Shown here: positions 25,801 through 33,002 of the stretch, in pieces
Layout of the letters: every line of letters begins with the position of its first letter
Position numbering within the stretch: position 1 is the stretch's first letter
Origin: a virus
DNA: 33,094 bases
Virus record (IMG/VR): IMGVR_UViG_3300045988_132076
Location: 1 to 33,094 of that record
Strand: one strand, 5' to 3'
Notes under the pieces: model-generated
Database searches by the model: none
What the model was told of the DNA's origin: nothing
Seen by the model: only the letters and a program-made list of their open reading frames with translations
Program-made: the position numbers and the translations under genes

Positions 25801-28386
25801 GACCGAAACAAGGCAAAAGCCGACTTCCCTACGTTTTACGACCACTTCACGGAACGACTGGCGAAGGATAAAGAATTAAATGGAGCGATTAACAAGCTGT
25901 CCAAGGTTACGCACGAATGGTTTAAGCAAGCTCCGGAAGAACGAGTAAAGGGATCTATTTCGTTCGATGACGGGAAATTATCCACAAGAATCAAAGACAT
26001 TTCTGACAATGGCGGGTTCAAAGAAAAGCTTTCAGATTTAGGGCATAGCTTGTATACGCATACTGTTGACGAGTTACACCCGTTTGAACAGTTAATGAAG
26101 GAAGTAAACGAGCAAATCGGAAAGGAAATCCCTTTTGAAAACGACGTATATAAACAGGCTTGGTTATTCAGAGGTGCGACGGGCAAGGCTCAAGCCCTCG
26201 TTGAATTTGGCGATAAGGCGGCAGGAGTTAAAGGGCTTAAAGCTATACTAGAACCTATCGGAATTAAAGAGCGTAAAAACTTTAGTGCTTACCTTGTGGC
26301 CAAGCATGATTTAGATTTCCATGCAAATGGACAAAAAGCGACGTTTTCTAAGGCTGAAGACGTGGCAACATTACGTAAGTTCGAAAAGAACGAAACGTTC
26401 AAAAAGGCAGCCGACGAATTACAGAAATACCAACAGCACTTATTACAACAGCTTGTAAAATCAGGCATGTTAAAGCCTGAAATATACGCTGAGCTTGTCA
26501 AGAAGTATCCGAATTACGTGCCGTTCTTCCGCGACTTTAAAGCGGAAAGCATGGACGGGTTCCTTGCAAGCAGTAAGGGATTTATTAACGTAGCAAGCCC
26601 CATTAAGAGATTCAAAGGGTCAACACGGGATATTATTGACCCGTTACAAAGCATTTTGCGTAATACGTACCAGTTTACAAGCGCTATTGAACGCAATAAA
26701 GTAGCTCAAAACTTCGCGAAACTTGCCGATATTCACGGCATGGGGCGTATCGTTGAACAGGTTAAAGAGGGTTCGGCAAGGGCAACGGATAATACTTTTA
26801 CAGTATGGCAACGTGGCCAAAAGGTAGTATACGAAACAACTCCCGAACTAAAAGCAGCCTTAGAAATGAGCGATAAAAACGCAAGTAACTTGCTTGTAAG
26901 AATCATGCAAACGCCCGCAAGTTGGTTAAGAGCCGGGGCAACGTCTACAACAGGGTTTGCATTAGCCAACCTTGTGCGAGATAACGTAAGTGCGGCAATC
27001 TTCTCTAAGCATGGGTATTTACCTGTATTTGATACGCTTAAAGGCGTTTCGCAATTCATCAAGAAAGGCGAATTGTATCAAGAATACTTGCGTTCCGGTG
27101 CTTCGGGTGCGGCCATGGTTTCGCTTGACCGTGACTATATGGGCGGTCAAATCCGCGAAATACTGAGGAAAGAACCGACATGGCAGAAGGTTGTAAAGAA
27201 CCCTATCGAAGTAATGCGGGCGATCTCCGAAGCGTCCGAAATAAGCACACGTCTTGCCGAGTATAACAATGCTCGAAAAGGGTATACAGGCCTTGCCAAT
27301 AGGCTTTTTGGTAGTGAACGTAAATCACTCACACCGCAACAAGCAGCCCTTGAAGCCCGTGATATTACTATCGACTTTAGCCGTATAGGGAAGAACACCA
27401 AGACAGCTAATAGGGTTGTAGCGTTCTTTAATGCCGCTGTTCAAGGGGCTGATAAGCTTCGCAGAGTGTGGAAGGAAGACCCTGTAGGGGCTTCTATTCG
27501 TGCTACTTTGTTTGTAACTATTCCTACGGTTGCGTTATGGCAGCTCAATAAGGATAACCCTGAATATCAGGAACTTCCGCAGTATGTCAAGGATACGTAT
27601 TGGATTCTTCCGAGTGGTGATCACTTAATCAAGATTCCTAAGCCGTTCGAATTGGGCGTATTGTACGGGACAAGCGTTGAACGCATGTTACAGTGGATGG
27701 ACGATAAAGAACACGGACGAAAGGGAATAGGCTTTAAAGGGTACGGCGAACGAGTAGCCGACGTGCTTACGCCGAGTGTTATGCCGACGGCGTTTATTCC
27801 TATTGCAGAATGGGCGGCGAATTACTCATTCTGGCGTCAGAAGAGTATCGTACCGCAAGCACAACAAGACCTTCCCGACGCATTACAGTACGGTCAAAAT
27901 ACGTCAGCAGTAGCGAAGGGGATAGGGTCACTATTTAATGTATCTCCGTATAAGGTTGACAACACAATTAGAGGATACGGCGGTAACCTTGCGACGCTTG
28001 GACTTACGGCGATAGACGCAGCCACTGGCGAAACCGCAAACAGACCCGCAAAACGTTGGTATGAACTTCCTGAAATTAGTAAATTTACTGCAACACCGTA
28101 TCAAGGAAGCAACAGCGTACAACGGGTATATGATGACTTCGACGCACAGAACAAATTATTTAATGAAGCAAAGATAACCAAGAAAAAACCTGAAGACTTT
28201 GATGTACGCCAATTTGGGAAACTCAAAGAAGCAAGGGAACAGCTCACGAAGTTATCAAGAGCAAGCAAGGCAATTATGAACAATGAGAACATAAGCGGAG
28301 AACAGAAGCGTGAGCAATTAGATCGCTTTAACGTTCTCAAAGCCAATATTGCCCGTAGAGTGTACGGGTACGACAGAGTTAAATAG
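22852..28386 (+). CDS. Polyvalent virion protein (1,844 aa): tail-lysozyme-like domain, putative PBECR-like domain, zincin HEXXH metallopeptidase and a ~900-aa C-terminal region
   Basis: AAGFTDVEAAALTGNIGAESSF...GLIQFT (about nt 23965-24320) resembles the phage tail lysozyme family. ERHPSKL...LANPDVIY...IITSFAHDY lies at about 24928-25167. HELGH (25630-25644) is followed by EGYAEFFHD (25766-25792). Confidence 0.7.
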   Translation: MGAFDNLFPNEQDSLNYTPQGYFDDIVENGIIQQQLAQQAAQQQAQQSGGGSIIDGIANNVEYVKNGIANNVEYVQNGFDNAAKAAADQAETTLTNVGNTIKDWGNNVKNAWDNYNYQVGNAVINAANENGGVVPMVVSDDPEATLTQYGGTDYTNARRNLYNEAIGKPAANLAITPFMPTPIRAVAGIAAAPMIAGDLAEIATQNAEAKANGEAPEGIMGNPVIATAKQFAIDPIIDPVTRAVSDPSGFIGNIVDNPTNLWSDVFLPVELTKGAVPKGVKEGVYNKVSDVIPERVGEIKEKIGEAAENVRNKAAGAFDDIGRNEIKSETPELAAAYEPQGMFEGVIPEEAVSDYVSPERPEGGYEETGNLQNDIYNRYRAAGFTDVEAAALTGNIGAESSFDTRVVSHDEYGSEGLIQFTDDRLQGLKDFAAEKGLDPYDWKTQIDFSIHELTEGNERAALNAMREHPDATPEEMAVIVRREYERPNPNVARDEERQRIARETFDGNYGDYKSTPRNGVSENGESRRIQQAEKEIPHEIVESDKNNSQVSGDKENLNISAKNDLVESYLSHAKDDLNMNTSTDDTNGVRSEKKAVFDDSAENNAKKEVTSQNIDISPEKLAEEINKSPKIMDSFRTYDIDELRRYEEMSWKDVNQEVKKNILDLKAGVIDPLGNLVKFVYNTANKKSLDGLANHLYMGSKKAERHPSKLRGFATQLIKDTLANPDVIYGQENGNYRYVGFLRGERNLLHSVIVSVEDGKVSKIITSFAHDYSTGRGEGGIDAKKTLNPKDGDTRVTNVIHVKPEIRNELSTRQSERPPQATSDSAALSDARPDTSGNSRVTDELGKVNDKDLEYNVSNNNTPTGEGVERLGRPVTRREIINTVNDLFDQRVKSGRLGKRKDVLGWYNRMTEVIRTRNFGDINTLMHELGHHVDHKNGFSINPKFNAEFSKVVHERFGKVYDKLGDEGIRKEGYAEFFHDYVSDRNKAKADFPTFYDHFTERLAKDKELNGAINKLSKVTHEWFKQAPEERVKGSISFDDGKLSTRIKDISDNGGFKEKLSDLGHSLYTHTVDELHPFEQLMKEVNEQIGKEIPFENDVYKQAWLFRGATGKAQALVEFGDKAAGVKGLKAILEPIGIKERKNFSAYLVAKHDLDFHANGQKATFSKAEDVATLRKFEKNETFKKAADELQKYQQHLLQQLVKSGMLKPEIYAELVKKYPNYVPFFRDFKAESMDGFLASSKGFINVASPIKRFKGSTRDIIDPLQSILRNTYQFTSAIERNKVAQNFAKLADIHGMGRIVEQVKEGSARATDNTFTVWQRGQKVVYETTPELKAALEMSDKNASNLLVRIMQTPASWLRAGATSTTGFALANLVRDNVSAAIFSKHGYLPVFDTLKGVSQFIKKGELYQEYLRSGASGAAMVSLDRDYMGGQIREILRKEPTWQKVVKNPIEVMRAISEASEISTRLAEYNNARKGYTGLANRLFGSERKSLTPQQAALEARDITIDFSRIGKNTKTANRVVAFFNAAVQGADKLRRVWKEDPVGASIRATLFVTIPTVALWQLNKDNPEYQELPQYVKDTYWILPSGDHLIKIPKPFELGVLYGTSVERMLQWMDDKEHGRKGIGFKGYGERVADVLTPSVMPTAFIPIAEWAANYSFWRQKSIVPQAQQDLPDALQYGQNTSAVAKGIGSLFNVSPYKVDNTIRGYGGNLATLGLTAIDAATGETANRPAKRWYELPEISKFTATPYQGSNSVQRVYDDFDAQNKLFNEAKITKKKPEDFDVRQFGKLKEAREQLTKLSRASKAIMNNENISGEQKREQLDRFNVLKANIARRVYGYDRVK

Positions 28387-28412
28387 GGGACGTGACAAAC
28401 GTCCCTTTTATT
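28385..28412 (+). terminator. Hairpin terminator between the giant gene and the lysis cassette
   Basis: GGGACG / loop TGACAAA / CGTCCC, then TTTTATT. It overlaps the TAG stop. Confidence 0.6.
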
Positions 28413-28430
28413 ATGCAAAGGAGAGGGCAA

Positions 28431-28964
28431 ATGAATTTTATTTTTGATACGCTTTCACACACATGGGAAACACTTACAACCAACTTTATTTTAAAGGCTG
28501 CATTGAGTGCTGCGGGCGGCCTTGCCTTATGGCTTATCGGTATCCGTCATGTGCAGATACTTGGGATTTTTATCATCCTGGTATTCGTTGATTTACTCAC
28601 TAAATGGGCAGCAATTGCCTATCAAATGCTAATTGATGAGTATCAGTACAATCCTGAAGAAATTGCAGTATGGGAAAAGTATAGGGCAATTCCTATTGCG
28701 TTCGAAAAGAAACTTATTTCAAGCCGATATATGCGTAAAGGATTTGTACAGAAGGTGTTATCTTACGTACTGGCAACATTCGCGGCGGTATTACTTGACG
28801 AAATGAGCGGACAACGCAAGTTTGCCGTTTCTCTTGTGTGGCTATACCTTGGTTCTAGTGAGTTTCTTTCAATTCTTGAAAACCTTCGCGACGGGGGCAA
28901 TGTAATGCTTGGTAAGTTTTTGGATCTGGTAAGAACAAAGATTGAAAATAAGGTAAAGTTTTAG
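28431..28964 (+). CDS. Holin (phage_holin_4_1-like)
   Basis: AAAGGAGAGGG SD before ATG 28431. Multiple TM segments and the C-terminal SEFLSILENLRDGG motif typical of this holin family. It lies immediately upstream of the endolysin. Confidence 0.75.
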   Translation: MNFIFDTLSHTWETLTTNFILKAALSAAGGLALWLIGIRHVQILGIFIILVFVDLLTKWAAIAYQMLIDEYQYNPEEIAVWEKYRAIPIAFEKKLISSRYMRKGFVQKVLSYVLATFAAVLLDEMSGQRKFAVSLVWLYLGSSEFLSILENLRDGGNVMLGKFLDLVRTKIENKVKF

Positions 28965-28977
28965 AGAGGAGACTATT

Positions 28978-29577
28978 ATGAGAGGAATTGACGTAAGCGA
29001 GAATAACGGATTTGTAGACTGGGGAACAGTCGCGGCAAACGGCTATCAGTTCGCAATTATTCGACTGGGGTACGGACGTAATACGCTTGATAGTTGTTTT
29101 TATGACAACGTAAACGGAGCGATTAACGCAGGTCTTAAAGTGGGCGTATATCATTACTCTTACGCCTTAGATGAAGACGCAGCCAATCAAGAAGCGGACT
29201 TTGTGTTGAACACTTTGCAAAGCTCCGGGCTTACACCCGATAAATTACCGCTTGGAGTTTGGTATGACATGGAAGACGCTGATGATTATAAGGCTAATAG
29301 AGGTATGCCGAGTAATCAAGAATTAACGAATTTTTGCAGTATTTTCATCAATAAATTATGGAACGCCGGATACGCCAAAACAGGACTATACGCCAATATT
29401 GATTGGCTAGAAAACTATTTATACCCTGAACAGCTTGGCGGGTGTGGTTTATGGGTTGCTCATCTCAACCCGTATTGCGGCTATCCCGGTGCTAATATCT
29501 GGCAATATACCTTTAGTGAGAATATAGAAGGCAATGAGTTTGACGCTGATATAGTTCTTGATTTCGACGTAGAATAA
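28978..29577 (+). CDS. Endolysin, GH25 muramidase, single domain (no obvious wall-binding domain)
   Basis: MRGIDVSENNGFVDWGTVAANGYQFAIIRLGYG...GVYHYSYA is the canonical GH25 N-terminus. 199 aa. Confidence 0.9.
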   Translation: MRGIDVSENNGFVDWGTVAANGYQFAIIRLGYGRNTLDSCFYDNVNGAINAGLKVGVYHYSYALDEDAANQEADFVLNTLQSSGLTPDKLPLGVWYDMEDADDYKANRGMPSNQELTNFCSIFINKLWNAGYAKTGLYANIDWLENYLYPEQLGGCGLWVAHLNPYCGYPGANIWQYTFSENIEGNEFDADIVLDFDVE

Positions 29578-29589
29578 GGAGAATACTAT

Positions 29590-30153
29590 ATGCCTATAAG
29601 CGAATATGTAAAGCGGTTTGCCCCTATTATTGTTGTCGTAAGCTTGTTGTTTGTTGTTATTGCGGCGGGTGTTATTGCTCATCGGCACTTACACAAAGAC
29701 GAAAAAGCCCCGAAGGTTATCACCATAGAACAGGCAAAGAATCCCGAACAGCTTGCAAAAGCCATTAACGTCACACCGAGGGACGCAACGACGATTATAC
29801 GAGAGGTTGAACGGGCAACCCCTGTAACAACCTATTACACGCCCGCAAGGACGGTACAAGAAGCGGCACAAATAACACGGCAACAGATCGCCCGCAATGA
29901 TTCTTCTTTACCGTCTACCGTAACGGCTAAATCTGACCGTACTGTTATCGTCGAAAATACAGATAAACAAAAGGTAGATGTATATAAAATAAATCTCCGC
30001 AACAATCATAAGATTAAAAGCGGAGTAACGTACATTGACGGTAAAATGTATGGGTCGGTAGGTTATCAGGCGGGACGAGTGGAAGCGGTCGCACATGCCG
30101 ACCAAACAGGACTTAAAGGCGGTACCGTCTTGTATACAATTAAAGAGTGGTAG
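29590..30153 (+). CDS. N-terminally membrane-anchored protein of unknown function (187 aa), last gene of the late operon
   Basis: AAGGAGAA SD. One TM segment (FAPIIVVVSLLFVVIAAGVIA), then a ~150-aa soluble domain. It starts 12 nt after the endolysin. Confidence 0.65.
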   Translation: MPISEYVKRFAPIIVVVSLLFVVIAAGVIAHRHLHKDEKAPKVITIEQAKNPEQLAKAINVTPRDATTIIREVERATPVTTYYTPARTVQEAAQITRQQIARNDSSLPSTVTAKSDRTVIVENTDKQKVDVYKINLRNNHKIKSGVTYIDGKMYGSVGYQAGRVEAVAHADQTGLKGGTVLYTIKEW

Positions 30154-30195
30154 GTGTTTAATAAAAAGCCGTTTCGTTAAACAATTTTGTGAAGT

Positions 30196-30265
30196 TAGTC
30201 AAGCAAAAGGCGTTTTACTGGACTAAGATAAAAAATAGTCAAGTGAATGGCGTTTTACTGGACTA
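30196..30265. repeat. Two 30-bp dyad-symmetric direct repeats, 40 bp apart
   Basis: TAGTCAAGCAAAAGGCGTTTTACTGGACTA (30196-30225) and TAGTCAAGTGAATGGCGTTTTACTGGACTA (30236-30265). Each has TAGTC...GACTA ends. Confidence 0.85.
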
Positions 30266-30281
30266 CCCAAATAGCAAAAAT

Positions 30282-30331
30282 GCGGATTTTTGAGGTTTGA
30301 AAAATTTGAGACCTCAGAATCCGCTTTTTTT
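30282..30331. terminator. Strong intrinsic terminator ending the late operon (potentially bidirectional)
   Basis: GCGGATTTTTGAGGT (30282-30296) pairs with ACCTCAGAATCCGC (30311-30324), followed by T7. An A5 run lies upstream. Confidence 0.85.
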
Positions 30332-30339
30332 GTGTTTTT

Positions 30340-30659
30340 AGACATCTTTAATATTAATGCTTTAAATAAACCTATTGAGCTTATATATTGATTGAATAAA
30401 GGTGTTTTTTAACGAAAGTATCCAATTTGCGTATTATGCAAATTGCTTTTTGACGGCAAAAATTCGGCAAAAATTATATGTAGATAACTGGTTTTTATGT
30501 AGTAATCGTAAAAATAAAAACTGTTGAAGTGTGATAATAATGCTATTTTGTAGCTGTATGTATATTTGCCATAATGATTGATGAAAATGTATAGTAATTT
30601 ACAATATGGCTATTATTGGCTTATTTAAAGCGATTATATGATATTAAAAAATAAAATCG
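30340..30659. other. AT-rich non-coding region next to int: candidate attP with arm-type repeats
   Basis: No ORF longer than 15 codons. Palindrome CAATTTGC-GTATTAT-GCAAATTG (30423-30445) and tandem CGGCAAAAATT x2 (30454-30475). It is adjacent to the integrase 3' end. The core site cannot be identified without the host sequence. Confidence 0.45.
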
Positions 30660-31712
30660 TCAAAAACTTTTGCTAAAAATATTAGCGACATTCTCCGCCG
30701 CCTTCATTCTCATATCGTCCGTGTAATGTACATATACTTTAATTACAGTGTTTACGTTATCGCCTAACAAGCTAGCTACGGTTTTAATATCGACTCCGTT
30801 CGCAAGTAGCTTTGTTGCATACGTATGCCGTAAATCGTGGAACGTCTTATCAGGCATAAGCTTCTTTAAAATGCGAGGGACGTACTTACTGTTTTTCTTC
30901 GGGAATAATAGGCGATCCGATTGAGTCGCTTTATATTCCCTAAGAATCTCGCATAATATAGGCGGTATGGGAATGGTTCTATAACTATTGACGGTTTTAG
31001 GTGCTGTTACTCCGAATTTCTTCGAATCAACAATAGTAACCTGTTTATTAATTGTAATGGTTTTTCCGTCAAGGTCAATATCTTCCCATGTAAGTCCTAG
31101 AATTTCACCAATGCGACACCCGGCATAATAAGCAATGGAAATCATAACACGGGCGTACCCGTCTATGTTAGAAAAAACAACCTTCATTTCTTCGTCAGAA
31201 AATGTAGAAACTTTTTTGACGCTTTCTTTACGTCTGGGTACCGCGTTAAACGGGTTTTCCCTGATAAGCTTATAAGGGCGAACGGCGTAATTCGCAATCG
31301 CTTTTAGTATTCTTAAGTATAGGTTCATAGTACTGGGGGCAATATGAATCTCATTAAATGCCCTTATCACAAGATTATGATTGATATTACGAAGTTCTGT
31401 ATTAGTAAGCATGGGGAATGACTTTAAAGCGACTCTATACATAGCTTTTGTGCTGTAGGTAAGGTTGACTTTTTCACGCAAAAAGACTTCCGCAAATTCG
31501 CCAAAGGTTATATCTCTCATATTCTCGTCAATTGGCGTTATTTGAGTTTTTAAGGCTTCTATTATCTGTTGCCCGTACTCTTTTGCTTCCCTTTGTGTTC
31601 GGAAGCCCTGCTTTGATTTTTGCCGCCATTTTCGGCCGTCTTTATACGATACTATGACCTGATAGGCGTTGTCCTTCTTACGAGTTGTTATATTACTTTG
31701 CATTATCCTCAA
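30660..31712 (-). CDS. int: Tyrosine integrase
   Basis: Arm-binding-like N-terminus (AYQVIVSYKDGRKWRQKSKQGFRTQREAKEY). Catalytic boxes YYAGCRIGEILGLTWEDID, HDLRHTYATKLL and VYVHYT. The start is TTG 31712 or ATG 31703. Confidence 0.9.
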   Translation of the reverse strand: MRIMQSNITTRKKDNAYQVIVSYKDGRKWRQKSKQGFRTQREAKEYGQQIIEALKTQITPIDENMRDITFGEFAEVFLREKVNLTYSTKAMYRVALKSFPMLTNTELRNINHNLVIRAFNEIHIAPSTMNLYLRILKAIANYAVRPYKLIRENPFNAVPRRKESVKKVSTFSDEEMKVVFSNIDGYARVMISIAYYAGCRIGEILGLTWEDIDLDGKTITINKQVTIVDSKKFGVTAPKTVNSYRTIPIPPILCEILREYKATQSDRLLFPKKNSKYVPRILKKLMPDKTFHDLRHTYATKLLANGVDIKTVASLLGDNVNTVIKVYVHYTDDMRMKAAENVANIFSKSF

Positions 31713-31914
31713 TCCGTTCCGTGAACTTCTTTAACTCGTGAATTGTTATTAGTTTAATCGGAATATATCCAACCCAAAGACCGATAACGGCGATAAATAG
31801 CCCCGTACCACCTTTTCCAGTGGCAACCATAGCCACTAAAAAGCCAATAATAAACGTAGCTAAATACAACGGCAAAATCGATCGCCCGTAAAAATCTTTA
31901 AATTCTTTTAACAT
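31693..31914 (-). CDS. Small two-TM membrane protein (73 aa) within the lysogeny operon
   Basis: ILPLYLATFIIGFLVAMVA and LFIAVIGLWVGYIPIKLI form two TM helices. It overlaps the int start by 20 nt and lies 9 nt downstream of the ImmA-like gene. Confidence 0.6.
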   Translation of the reverse strand: MLKEFKDFYGRSILPLYLATFIIGFLVAMVATGKGGTGLFIAVIGLWVGYIPIKLITIHELKKFTERIEDNAK

Positions 31915-31923
31915 ATAATCACC

Positions 31924-32184
31924 TCACACAACTTGGCAATAAAATTCAATCCCTTCGGCTTCCGGGATAATATCACTTCGGCGAATCATTTCTTCTATCA
32001 TGTTTGCTTGAATTTCTCTATTAAAATCATTGCTTACTATGTGGCTTAATTCGTGAACCACTTCTTTTTTTGCCTGTTCTCGTGATAACGACTTACTTAT
32101 AATTATCGAATAACTGCCGTCCTCGTTTTCTATTACAGAGGCTTTAGCGTAGGGAATAGAAGCAAATATTATATTAATTGTCAT
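31924..32184 (-). CDS. Minimal ImmA/IrrE-like zinc metallopeptidase (86 aa)
   Basis: GSYSIIISKSLSREQAKKEVVHELSHIV contains HExxH in the usual ImmA context. It overlaps the repressor 3' end by 11 nt. Confidence 0.6.
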   Translation of the reverse strand: MTINIIFASIPYAKASVIENEDGSYSIIISKSLSREQAKKEVVHELSHIVSNDFNREIQANMIEEMIRRSDIIPEAEGIEFYCQVV

Positions 32185-32620
32185 TATATTCTTCCTTAGA
32201 TTTTAGGTATTTAATAAAGTTATATGCTTCTTGCATTTGCTCTTTTGTTAAATCTCTACTTGCACTAAATAAAACTCGTAAGTCTTTATTTGTTCTTAAC
32301 TCTTCGGCATATTGTGCTGTTTGAGGATTAATATAATAGCCGTCGTTTTCATCGTATGTAGAGGTTTCTTTTTTAGGTTCGTCCCAACCCATTAAATACA
32401 CCGGCGATACATTGTAGGCGGCGGCAAGCTTTTCCAACTTATCAGCCGGTACGGCAATATCGGCTTTTTCGTATCTTGAAATAGTAGCGTTGCTTACGCC
32501 GATTAACTTCCCCGCTTCTTCCATTGTTAAATCAGCCGCCAATCTAGCTTCTTTAAGCCGTCTTGCTAACCCTTGCTTTTCTTCAGTAATATCCTGTCCC
32601 CAACGGTTCTTTGCTGACAT
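32174..32620 (-). CDS. XRE-family phage repressor (ImmR/CI-like, no S24 peptidase domain)
   Basis: AAGGAG lies 8 nt upstream of ATG 32620. The HTH is LTMEEAGKLIGVSNATISRYEKAD. The track start at 32674 lies upstream of the predicted -10 box and is therefore rejected. Confidence 0.85.
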   Translation of the reverse strand: MSAKNRWGQDITEEKQGLARRLKEARLAADLTMEEAGKLIGVSNATISRYEKADIAVPADKLEKLAAAYNVSPVYLMGWDEPKKETSTYDENDGYYINPQTAQYAEELRTNKDLRVLFSASRDLTKEQMQEAYNFIKYLKSKEEYNDN

Positions 32621-32662
32621 ATTTATTACTCCTTTATAACAACCCGACGATAATTTAATGAC

Positions 32663-32691
32663 AATATAGCCCATTTCTGCCTGACCGTCAA
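32663..32691 (-). promoter_or_regulatory. Leftward promoter of the repressor operon
   Basis: On the minus strand: TTGACG (32691-32686), a 17-nt spacer, then TATATT (32668-32663). The spacer carries a TTCTGCCT motif (32675-32682). Confidence 0.6.
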
Positions 32692-32731
32692 TATTTTTTA
32701 CAATAAATTAAAAAATTCTGCCTAAAAGGTA

Positions 32732-32760
32732 TTTACATTGTAACAAAACCGTGATACAAT
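32732..32760 (+). promoter_or_regulatory. Rightward early promoter (PR-like) with an extended -10
   Basis: TTTACA (32732-32737), a 17-nt spacer, then TACAAT (32755-32760), with TG at 32752-32753. It is flanked by the inverted 14-mers TTCTGCCTAAAAGG (32716-32729) and CCTTTAAGGCAGAA (32768-32781). Confidence 0.65.
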
Positions 32761-32792
32761 GAACTTGCCTTTAAGGCAGAAAGGAGAAAACA

Positions 32793-33002
32793 ATGAAGAT
32801 ACAAGCGGATAGAATCCGCGGGGAAATCGTTGCCCGTGGATTTAAACAAAAAGACCTTGCAAAGGCACTTGGCATAACGGCTCATGCGTTCCAGTACCGT
32901 TTAAAAACTGGCCGTTTTAACTCTGACCAGTTGTATACGATTGCCAAAATGCTCAAATTGGAAAACCCTTGGCAAATTTTTTTTGCTGATGATATTACCT
33001 AA
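32793..33002 (+). CDS. Cro-like XRE HTH protein (69 aa)
   Basis: GAAAGGAGAAAACA SD. The HTH is FKQKDLAKALGITAHAFQYRLKTGR. It is divergent from the repressor. Confidence 0.8.
   Translation: MKIQADRIRGEIVARGFKQKDLAKALGITAHAFQYRLKTGRFNSDQLYTIAKMLKLENPWQIFFADDIT

Noticed and set aside
30282-30331. Possible tRNA fragment (TCAGAATCCGC resembling a T-arm) marking a tRNA-type attP core
   Set aside because: The sequence forms a simple 15-bp hairpin with a T-run, which is a terminator. No cloverleaf or tRNA 3' end can be drawn.
32621-32674. Upstream ATG 32674 as the repressor start
   Set aside because: The predicted -10 box of the repressor promoter (32663-32668) lies downstream of that ATG. ATG 32620 has AAGGAG at the correct spacing.
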